DNA of 64,000 nucleotides, taken from Atractiella rhizophila (lineage: Eukaryota). The notes beneath the pieces were generated by a model. That model did no database searches, had not been told where the DNA came from, and saw nothing but the letters and a program-made list of their open reading frames with translations. Positions 53,756-64,000 of the stretch are shown piece after piece; position 1 is the first letter of the stretch, and every line of letters begins with the position of its first letter. The DNA lies in NCBI GenBank assembly GCA_021432655.1, contig MU271210.1:77641-141640 (forward strand), read 5' to 3'. A program made the position numbers and the translations under genes.

Positions 53756-55391
53756 ATGACTCAAGAATATGGTTATGACAGGGAGCCTTCAATCGCATTC
53801 TCCGACTCGAACTCGCAAAGGAGCCTCGCTAGCGCTGGCACCTACGATGTCAACATGGACGATGAAGGGAGCAGCTTGAGCTCCAGCGCTTCCTGGTTCT
53901 CCTACGCAGAAGGGAGGAGGTTGGTCCCTCTCGTTTGCAGATATGTATTGACAGGAGTTCATTGTGACTTCTTTTGGTTGTATCGATGCCATAGGTTCCA
54001 CAATTCCGAACACGACATCGGTGTGCCCCTCCTTTCTTCACGAACAACAGTTGAGACTAATTCCTCCCAGCTTATTACTACCCAAATGATGCCGAGGAGC
54101 TCGACAGGCTGGACTGTCAACACGAGGGGTACAAACTCCTGCTTGGAGGACGGAACTACCCCATCGAAGTCCTCTCACTGCACCTCGACCCGAAGGATCC
54201 CGTTCCAGGCCCACGAACCATTCTTGGTCCGTCTTCCACCCATCATCTCAAACTTCAAAATCTCGGAGGCATGCACTGAGCGTTTTGAATGGGATGGAAC
54301 AGACCTCGGCACCGGCTCTGGAGTTTGGGCCATCCAGATGGGCGACGAGTTTCCCAACTCCACTGTGATTGGTGTGGATCTGGCGCCAGTGCAACCGGAA
54401 AGAGTACCTCCGAATGTGACCTTTGTTTGCGAGGACTTCACCAAGGTGGACGACTTGGATTACTCATATATCCTCCGGAAGAGGGAGGACAGGATAGGGG
54501 AGGGGGAGAAGAGGAAGTTTGAGCTGATATTCATGCGATGTCTCATATGGGGAGTGAGTCGCTGACTCCTTTATCCGATTGTGGATAGATGGCTGATCAT
54601 GAGTGACGTACAGATAAGAGATTGGGAAGCCATAATTGAGCAAATCGCACAGGGACTCGAGGAAGGTGGGATGATGGTCCTCATCGAGCCAGGGGAGATG
54701 CCTTTCAGCGTATTCGAGGGAGAGGGAAGTGTTGGAGAAGCGACCTTGTGTGCCAATTTCTTTATCTGCTTCTCTCATGCAAAATATTAACAAATACTGA
54801 TCATATGCGTGGGATAGACTGTGGTGGCGTACTCTGCGCGAATGCATGGCTGCAAGAGTTTGTCCTTCTTTTCCATGCCGTCATGGACTGTCGAACACTC
54901 CGCTCAAAAAACATTAGGGAGCCCATCCCGATGCTCCAGCCCACCTAGCAGAAATGGTGGAACGGAACCCAAAATTACACTTAATCCTCGCGAAGAGGTT
55001 GGATTGTCCCATCGGTGATTGGGCCAGCGATGAAGACCTGAAGGTGGCAGGTCGGTACTTGTTGCGCGGTTTGTCACCTCTCCCGTCCTCCGTCAGACTT
55101 TACTTCCCGTTATGGATGTGACAGATTGCAGTCCGATGGTCTGATATGTTCGATCGATTTGTGTAGATTGTCTCCTTGCCCTGGAGACGACCAAACCGCT
55201 CTTTCTGCTGTTCGGATACTCAGAGGGATGGATTCAGGCGCTCCATAAGAATTGTCGAATTGAATGGGCTGGCATGTTTCCCTGCTTCTTTCCTGCTGTC
55301 TCTGAATGATCTCATATGTTCTGTAGATTCGAGAAGGAGAGCTTGGATTCCCAGTCGAATGGTTGTTGCCAGACGGAAGAAGGCATCGTGA
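53756..55391 (+). CDS. Class I SAM-dependent methyltransferase (LaeA/TAM-like fungal family)
   Basis: EGRRFHN, YYYPNDAEELDRLDCQH, DLGTGSGVWAIQMGDEFPNSTVIGVDLAPVQP and IRDWEAIIEQIAQGLEEGG; start could be as far up as 53606. Confidence 0.85.
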
Positions 55392-55807
55392 AAACTTAGT
55401 TGACGGCGGTCCGCATATACCTCTCGATATGACGGCAGTGAATGAGGGACGTTATGATCCTGGAAAGGACGACGTTCGAATTGCGAAATACAAAATTGGG
55501 TACAACTTCTGGATAACAACACAACACAAGAAGACACCAGGCAACGGCAGCAACAAACAAGAACAATTTGACATACCCTCATTTCGTACCCCCACATTAC
55601 ATCCAGTGTATTCGTTTTGGATCTTTTTCTCTTTTTCTCTTTTTCTCTTTATCCTTGGCCTTATTTGCCGACGGGGAAGATCGGCGTTTTTGGGTACCAG
55701 TTGTCACTTTGGAGTTCCGCTCTGTCCCTTTGTCGAAACACCATTCTCAATGGACTTGTCATCGGAATCTTTGGTTAAATCCAATATAAGTGCACCTGCA
55801 ATATTCG

Positions 55808-57350
55808 TTAACTCGTCCATACTAATTCGTAAGAGAGTGAATACGAACGATTAAGGCGCTGGTCGGCGTGCGAACTAACGATGGAATAAGCAAACTTTGC
55901 TTCGTCAAAGGGAAAGGAGAGGAGGGGAAGGACAGACTTGAACTCTCCTAGACCCATCTGGAAGAGCTTGAGGCAAACAGGGCACTCGTACTCTTCCGTC
56001 GTCTCCTCTTTCCCCTTTCGTACTGAATGTCTGCTCATTCCCGATACTCTTCCTCCCCTCTCGCTTGTGAGGCTCAACCTTTGTCGAACCAAGCCCAAGA
56101 TATCCTCTTAGAAGAAATCCGAGACCGATTTCATTTCGAACCAAGTAAAGACGTCCCCGTGAGTCGAAAACATCCCCCAAGGACTTGATTTCCAGTGCCT
56201 GAAGCCAGCGTTCCGAGACGCGTCCAATCTACAAACGTCGAATGAGATCGCCTCCAACCATCGAACGTAGGTGACAAACCCCTGGAACTTTGCGAACTGG
56301 CATGTTCTTCATGAACTCCTTTATCGCGTCTCTGTCTGGAGGCACGACGTATTGGCCATCTCTCATCACATCAGAGTTAGGGATGTAACTTAGGAAGCGG
56401 CAAGAGATCCTCACTTGGCTTGTTGAGGTCTGCAGCAATTTTCGAGAGCATACAATTCGGCGTGACCCCACAAGAGACGGTCAGTCCAGATATCTCTTTT
56501 ACTTTCTCTCGTATTCGGACACCGACTTCTTCGGGGGTAAGGCCATTCTGTTTCTGATCCCTCTTGTTAGAATTTGAATAACCGCTAAGATAGAGAGATA
56601 CGATATAAGAGCTCTAAAGCGTTACTCAGATAGCTATCAAGGCAGGATAATACGACACATACAACATTCAAATACGCTTCGTCTAGCGAAGCAGGGGCAT
56701 AATTCGGATCAAAAGTGGCCAGCACATCCATGACTTTCTTCGATGCTTCCGAATACTATCGTTTCACAATGGTCAACAGCAAACATGAAGTCTGAAGAAC
56801 AATGCGCACCCGTTTGAAGTCTGGCTTGACCATCAAGATCCCTGGACAAAGCTTCCCAGCAATGTAGCCTGTCAACCAGTTTCAGCGAGCTAAGGACAAA
56901 GCAGAAGGTGATGCTTACCTGCCATCCCACTTCTGACACCAAATTTCGAGCCTCGTATGATGCGGTCAATATAACCCCTCCCGAAACTGCGAAGATCTAT
57001 GAAAAGCTGATTTGTCGCTGTTTTATCGTTGAAAGGTTAGGCGTCTGACACGGACCTTCCCTTTCAGTTCAGGATTGTACAGCTCCTCCACGCTTGCATA
57101 GAACGCATCCGCGTCAACCACGACTGTGCCAGTCAGGAACATCGTCAGTGTCGGCAACCACAACAGGCGGTGGACACGCACCAATTGTCTGCGAGAGGTC
57201 CCTCGTCTTTTCCAAGTCCAGCAACATCCTATCTACAGTCTTCTCCTCAGGCGTTAGGTCCTTCTTAGTCTTCAACATCTCCTCTAGCCGAACCATCATC
57301 TGTTCGATCCGCTTTTCCACCTTGTCCGGCAGCTCTTCTTGGTTCTGTAA
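55808..57350 (-). pseudogene. POLK: DNA polymerase kappa (Y-family) pseudogene
   Basis: RDLSQTIVVVDADAFYASVE, TASYEAR, ASLDEAYLN, KIAADLNKP, PVRKVPGIGRV and RKSIGNEQTF. No 5' start found, 1-nt deletion at about 56944, little-finger domain absent, and the UBZ-like CPVC segment is out of frame. Confidence 0.85.
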
Positions 57351-57532
57351 AGTGCTTCAGGACGCAGTGGAATATACAGAAGACATTTAATTTGTTTATG
57401 TTGAACGGGTATATTCACACAATTTCGAGCATAACAGAATTCGGAATATGCTCGCATTATTACTCAAAGGACACTTGTCGGATCGAGACGATTCATTAGC
57501 TTCTGCGGTAGGAGTAGAAGAAAGAGCACACC

Positions 57533-59215
57533 TCACTCGATATCCACCCAGTCAATCTCTCCAGCGTGAGATCTGAGCCTCTTCATCCCCAGACTAGCGA
57601 AGTAGCCATTCTCCAAGCCAGCGAACACTTCGCTCCTCGTGAGACAAAGAGTGATGATGCCCACCGTTTCGATCTCGATGACGAAGAACTCGGCACATTC
57701 GCCTGGCGTGAGAGGATAGTACCTTCTGACCTCTGGCGTGTAGAGTGGGGGCTCAGACAGCAACTTGAGCTCGAAATCGATTCCCGCTCGAAGTCCAGGG
57801 GTGTGGTGAGCGAGGTAGACCGTGTCCGAATGGGCACTGGCGCTGGACGTGTGCGAATCCGAGCGAGAGACGGGATCGGCCAAAGACGCCGCCATGCGTT
57901 CGGGACTCATGAAGGCACCGTCGACAGATGCCATAAAAGCGTCGACACGGGCCATTCCCGCGGATAGGGTCTTCTCCATATGTTCTCTATCATCACGATT
58001 ACTATAATCAGCGTCCAGCAATAAGGCGAGAGGGAGAGACCATACGGTTCAGTCACTTTGGGCTCACAGAGGTCCACGCTGCCCATGGAAGAGCCGGAGA
58101 CAGAATCCTCCGCAAGAGGAGGAGCAATGACTTTGGAGAAGAAAGTCCTCTCCGTCATTGGCGCGCTAACCAAATGAAACTTGGCCTCGACACAAAATTC
58201 CTTGGAACGAGCGACTCACGCTTTCGTTGCTTGCAAAGCTTCGTACTCTAATTGACCCAAGGTAGTATGGGAAGACTTCTCCGAATGCAATTCGAAGACG
58301 CTGGAAACACTGCTGGAGCTGCTTCCAGTAGATTCCATCGTCTTAGCGCTAGGACATCGTGGTCAGTTAAGGTGACAGGTAAATGGATAAAGCCATGCGT
58401 ACCATTGCATTTCGCTGGTTTTAAAGTCGCCATATCCTTGGAACGGAACTTTGCCACTATCCCCCCAAACGTCAGAAATCAAGTGGTAGCAGGAATATGG
58501 GAAAAGGAGGATAGGAGAAAGGACGAACGAGGCGTTGGCCTGAGCGTTCAGAGTGGCAAACACTGCAGCGAACTTGCTTTCAACTCTCGGGGAAGAGAGG
58601 GGATCGAGCTGGTGGGAAGAAAGGAGGTAATACTTCCAAGTAAAAGTCTCGCAAATGAGCAAAGGCGCCATGTCTGTGTCGATGATTGTGATGTCTGAAG
58701 AATATGAAGGCACTCAAACTGCGTCGTCGTTTATGTAGGCCGGAATGCCCACAGTCGGGACCTAGGAGCGGGACAACAGATTCCTGAACCAAGTGAAGGC
58801 GGGAACATGGCGTGAGAAAATGGACCATCCCGCCGCACGTGAGCCCTAGACAAGACCAAGACGCGTACCATCCCACGTAGTCGTACTAAGACACGTCAAA
58901 ATGTAACCTCCAGGTAAAATATGCGCTGTCATGATCCAGGTGAGGTCGTTGAAAAAGTGGCAGTGGTCGTGGACGCGTCGCAGTTGTTCTGTCGCACGAC
59001 GGCGTGGGATCGCGCAGAGGCACTCGTTATCTCCGAACATCGGACTTCATGAGCAGCTTCTTCACGTGCAGACATGCAGACGTTAACTCGCAGGAGCACG
59101 AGAGCATGTTGACGTTGACCGGGATGGCAGAGCTGAATGATTTCTGGTGATGGACATAACCATCTTTGCGGGTGTCGTGATTGTTACAGCAGTTTACAGG
59201 GTGCCGGCTGGACAA
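57533..59215 (-). mobile_element. Possible degenerate Cys-cluster (SWIM/CxC, KDZ-like) transposon relic
   Basis: Broken minus-strand ORFs with LSCSCELTSACLHV (CxC-x5-CxH, SWIM-like) and LLGPDCGHSGL; no coherent spliced gene could be built, and no terminal repeats were found. Confidence 0.3.
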
Positions 59216-59499
59216 ACGAAACGGTTGTCAAGCAAGAGATTTTGGCTTGGGCTGGGTGGAGAAGCGATGAACATGCGTCGATCGATCCACGCGACGAAAT
59301 GCAAACCGATTGAAAGGCGGAGGGAGCAGGAACGAGTTAAATATCGTGCTCTGTGTTCTAGCCAGTTTGCTTTCTTTTCAGACGACGCCAGCTTGTAGCT
59401 GATTTGAGCTTGAAGCTCTTTCTCCTTTCATACCATATATCCTCTCCAACGGGTGCTGTCGACCTTTCCTTCGTTCTTTCTAGAAAACGTGCATCGACC

Positions 59500-61714
59500 A
59501 TGCATTCCCTTCTTTTCTCAGTCATTGCCACAACCTTGTCGCTCGCTTCTGCGGTAAATGATTGGTCCCTACCCTGCTTGGATGGAGAGTGTTCGTACGA
59601 CCTTCCACCTTCCGTCAGCTCTCGCACAAAAACGACCGTTTCGGGAAGCATGCGAATTGTCTGTGTTTATCTGTCCCCTACCTTTTCTAGCCGTTGAAAC
59701 TTGCAAGGGAAACAGTGGGGAAATACCTCTGCCTTATCGGACATCACGACTGCTGCAGGATGGACGATCCTTGAATGTAATTCTACCTCTCTTGCACAGG
59801 AGATTCGGCTCGTGTGTACCAACGAAGACGGAGATGGTTGCAACAATCTTTTTGCAGGAGCGACAGGTGGTGTGAACAAGCTTGTCCGGCTACCAGAGAG
59901 CGTGAGCCCCCACTCCTTCGTTGGTACACTTGTGACGACGCAAGTTGTGGAACAGTGCGGAAAGATGGCATTTGCGAGAGTGGCGAAGATTTGGACACAT
60001 GAGAACCAGCAAGTACCGCAGGATGTCGCCCGTTCAAGAAGCAGTCCTACTGTCCATGGTCTGGCAATTGACACCAATTTTGCGGCTATTGATCCACAGA
60101 CGTTCGTCCTGCTTATTGTAAGCGTTATCAGACTGTTGACTGCGTTGCACAGTGTTGGGACTCTCAACATCGCAATACAAGGCAGTAACGTCCCCACCGT
60201 TCCTTCAAATACCACCACGACGACGTCTTCCACCTCGGCAGAGGATCGTAGCCTCTTGGATGTAGTTGATGACGCACTGGGAAAGTTCAACCAGATCAAC
60301 ATTAATGAAACAAAGACGCTGGACCACATTTCCTTCCAGAAAAACCTGCCGGTGATAGACGAAAAGATCAGCTGTCCCCTACCAGGCGGAGGGAACTTTG
60401 ATGCTGGTTTCGATATCTCAGTTAATGGCTGCTTTTGGGGAGATGTCACCCTTGGCATTGTCGCGACGGGCACCGTTGTACCGCCTCAGCTAGACAACTT
60501 CAACGTTTTTGCTGGTTCGTTGTACACCTCCATTACTGACCTGTACTCATGAGCTAGGGTGAAGGTCTGAGCGCATTTTTTGGTGGAACTCTGGATCTGA
60601 AAGCCAATGCTGGAGCAAGTATCTCTTCCCCCGAAATCACGTTATTCCAACTTGGGCTTCCGGGCCTCAGTTTCCCAGGGTGTGTTTTTCAATATAACAC
60701 TTGGGTTCATGAATGAACCTTCGCCCATAGAATCCTCAATGTTGGTCCTTCTTTCAGCGTTAAAGCGCAGGCAAAAGCGGCCATCGAAGCCGATGTTGAC
60801 TTGAAGTTTGACCTTTCCTATAAAACCAAGGATACGACCCTCACTTTCCCTCCCAATGAAAAGTATAAGAGTAAAGGAACTTTCAACCCAACCGACGCCA
60901 GTATGTTCATCTCTCTCCCTTCGCACTCGTCCTTATGAATCAACTATAGATCTCACTCTCAGCGTTTCCCCTGATGCTGGAGCTAGCGGCACTCTCGAAT
61001 TTCACCTCATACCCACGGTACGTGGCTTCTCCGGCGTTTCGGGCGAGGTTGGTGCTGACCTGCTTGATGCATAAGATCTCGATCGGCCTGGACGCGCTGT
61101 CAGTCGCTAAAGCAGAGGTTTTTCTCGACCTCGACTCATCTGCTACCGTCACTGCAACTCTGGACGCTAAAGGCCCGACGATCAGCAAGAACCTCGGGAA
61201 CTCTTCAGAGCCCGCTCAAATCACTGATGCCGACTTTTCTGGATGTTTAGAGTTGGGAGCTGGCATCGACGTCAATGCGGGTGCTTCAGCTGACTTCTTC
61301 GGACTCTTCGATCAGAATAAGACGGTCAATCTCTTCTCCAAGGACTTCCAGATTTTGAAGGTACTTCTCTCTGACACCCTACCCCTGTGCTGGTTTATGA
61401 GATAGTGATGGTATCACAATAGAAATGCTTTGGCGACGACGCTGCAGAGACTGTGCAGCGTTTGAAGAGGCGAAGAGCGATAGATCTGCATCGGAAGCGT
61501 CATTCAAGGAGAAATGGAAGCTCGAGGAACTTGAAAAGGCAGGACGACAATGGGCTCAGTTGTCTGCCCAATGTGATCGATACCTCAAAGTTATTCAACA
61601 TCGAAGATACCATTGTGAAGGCTGCCGAGTGCGTTCCACTTCCTTTTTTGTCCCAAGGATGCAGTGATTGAAATGCCGTATTGTAGCTTCATCCTCCCCA
61701 AAAGGCTGTTGTAA
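59500..61714 (+). CDS. Secreted Cys-containing, beta-rich uncharacterised protein (basidiomycete family)
   Basis: Signal peptide MHSLLFSVIATTLSLASA then VNDWSLPCLDGECSYDLP, ALSDITTAAGWTILEC, KLVRLPESCGKMAFARVA and GLSFPGILNVGPSF; stop at 61712-61714. Confidence 0.8.
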
Positions 61715-62013
61715 ATTCGGCAATTCTACCGTGTCAGACAGGACATCCTGTACCTCATTCTTTCTAACCGTTACCCAAGTGCCTGCAAAATACCCATTAA
61801 AACAATTTTTTCTTCAAGCCATGATTAGGTTCCGCGTACCGCAATGAGTCATCCCATCCTCGACCACCGCCTTTATCAATATCAGATTATTGCAGAGATT
61901 ACTGAGCTCTTGAACTTGTTCTTGATTGCCCGGGACAATAGCATATTTCTCCCCCAAGAGTCCAGAATTCTATTGTCTTTGGTCAGGCTTACGAGGCAAT
62001 CAGTGGCGTTGAT

Positions 62014-63420
62014 ATGGCTTCCTGTGGACGGCTAGGCGATGAACTTGAACCAGAGGACACCCCTTCAGTTAATTTACCTGTCTCAAAGAATCAACCCCAG
62101 GTCTGCCTTCGCTGTAAAGACCCGTCCGTTTCCATATATGCTAGTCTAGGCACCAACATCGTTTACTGTCGGTTTGTTTTTCTGCTTCATCGAACATGGA
62201 CGACTGCTAAGTTATCCTTGATAGCCCTTGTTTTCTCATCAACACAGGCTCCAAGATTCGTCGCAGTTTGGAGCTCGCTTTGGAACGGGAGAGGCATCTG
62301 AATTCTCGACGGAAAAATGGACCACTACCACGAGTAGTGATCGCTGCAAAGGACAATGACGGATCAAGGCATGAGGCTCATGCTATCGTTTCGGGTGTAC
62401 TGATCCAACAGCAGAGCCATGATCAACTTTATCGCCTCACTCTTTTCAACGTCAGATGCTCCGGAGCAATTGTACAATGTCAACGATGGCCTCAAACGGA
62501 AACTAAAACCAAAGATTTTCGGTTACACAACTGTCGTGCATTTTTCGGATGGCGATACTAGTGAGGCGTCGAATCTTCAGGCTTTCTGCGATCGACTCTC
62601 CGTCCCATTCAAGCAGAATCCCATACCAAAATCGTCGTCCTCGACTGTGATTACTCTACAAGATCTTTACCCCTCTGTTTCAATCTTCATCTTCTGCAGC
62701 AATGCGACTTCTTTAGCCGGAAAAGCCATCGAGTGCATATCGAATGGAAGGGGGTGGGCTTTAGCCGAGGAGGTGGGCAACTTGTGGAATTCTAGAAAGA
62801 CCAAAGAGGGGCTACACACAGTCGGCGTGAGGCCGCTTGCTGGTGTCGCGCGGAAAGAGTTACAGCTTTTCTGCGATGCTAACGACATTGACAGAGCTCC
62901 TAGACAAGCAGACAAGGCAGGGCCGAAGAGCATCAAAACCATTTGTCGAGGTGAGTACGTTTTTGGTGGTAAATCTGGCTCATGTTCGTACAGAATTTGT
63001 TGATGGTCTCGACGACGCCATGCCTAACACCGTACCAACCATCATGAAGACTGTCGCGAAAGTCGGAATCCGTTCCGAGCAGCCAGGAAACAACAGCTGC
63101 CTCCTCTGTGGAATGTAAGCCCTGTTTTACCAGGGGAAGTGTGTCTGACCTTTATCAGGCCGTCTGAACGCGGGTCGAAGATTTGGCGAGAGAAAATCTC
63201 CATCACCACACTACACGGTCGGAAGGAGAAGGATATGGATTTAGATGCAGACGCGACGGATTATTTGTGCTACGGTTGCCTTATCGAGAACCCGACACTG
63301 AAGGAGGAGGACCTTGCAGATTTTCTGATTGTTGACTTCCACCGTCGGAGAGGAGAGACGGCAGTGAAAAGGGAACAGCGCGACAATGAGAAAATTGTTA
63401 AGGAGTTCCTCATAGAGTAG
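62014..63420 (+). CDS. NCS2: Cytoplasmic tRNA 2-thiolation protein 2 (Ctu2/Ncs2), divergent and compact
   Basis: N-terminal CLRC...YCRPCF, ISNGRGWAL, VRPLAGVARKEL, SIKTICREFVDGLD...TVPTIMKTVAKV, CLLCGMP and LCYGCL. Confidence 0.75.
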
Positions 63421-63920
63421 ATAGCGCTTGTAGTTATCTCTGTGTAGCTAATCGTGTTTTAAAAAACTCTGCCATTGATGGCTCAGGACCGTACTCTAAG
63501 CGACGGACGCCTTCTAGTCGCCTTAGAACTACAGCTTCAAGAGCTGATGGTGAAAGGAGATCCTGCCATCCACACTAGTAGTGATTCACACCGTCATATT
63601 ATTCGCAGACATTAAGAAACATAATCCTGAGAGCCAAACAATGGACTCCTACGTTTAAGCGTCAGACCTTGGGGAAGCAACTTATAACACGGCTGATGGA
63701 GCTAGAATTCATCCGTGGAGGTAATCATCCACCGGTCATGTTTCTGTTCTAAACTCTTCCGCGCTCTTAGATTGTGATACAGGGGCCGCGTGTTCAACGT
63801 GTGTCAAGAAGGCCCGAGTAAAGTTCCGTACGGATTATCGTGGCTCGTTGTTTTTGTTTTTGCTTTCGCGGTTTGACTCTCTCCTCCCTTCTGTATCCGT
63901 TCTCTTACTAACTCTCCAAA

Positions 63921-64000
63921 ATGGTGAGGTTTCTGCTCGCTCATATTGCGTGTCTCTGATACAGACCATTTTTATTGCCTTTTTCCCGCCATTTCTGATG
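63921..64000 (+). other. Possible first codon and first intron of a gene continuing beyond the window
   Basis: Pyrimidine-rich leader then AAAATG|GTGAGG, the same ATG-then-intron layout as the U1-70K gene here. Confidence 0.3.

Noticed and set aside
46862..55391. EGT1 + SDR + methyltransferase as a biosynthetic gene cluster
   Set aside because: No Egt2-like lyase, transporter or regulator nearby; SDRs and methyltransferases are abundant, so adjacency alone is weak.
62580..62720. Possible internal deletion in NCS2/CTU2
   Set aside because: The protein looks compact, but the family is highly divergent and the frame is open; cannot be judged without an alignment.

Overview
Gene-dense, intron-rich eukaryotic DNA. 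The short (mostly about 45-60 nt) GT-AG introns, micro-exons and gene content point to a basidiomycete fungus; the species cannot be named from the sequence. Because of the introns, the ORF track shows only exon fragments, so gene boundaries below were assembled by hand and internal exon limits are approximate. Recognisable genes in order: ATG9, an unknown membrane protein, a STE20-family kinase, a GRF zinc-finger protein, an arabinokinase-N-terminal-like glycosyltransferase, RQC1/TCF25, a TOM6-like microprotein, a PL3 pectate lyase, then a near-symmetric block PARP(+) / RBR E3(-) / RBR E3(+) / multi-BRCT(+) / PARP(-), followed by DBP2, U1-70K, UNC-50, a WW/RD-rich protein, ergothioneine synthase EGT1, an SDR, a SAM methyltransferase, a DNA polymerase kappa pseudogene next to a possible transposon relic, a secreted protein and NCS2/CTU2. 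The best candidate for an undescribed system is the 14 kb PARP-RBR-RBR-BRCT-PARP block, whose two PARPs keep the H-Y-E triad but share substitutions at chain-elongation positions. A functional link between these genes is inferred from adjacency only. No rRNA, tRNA or CRISPR features were seen.
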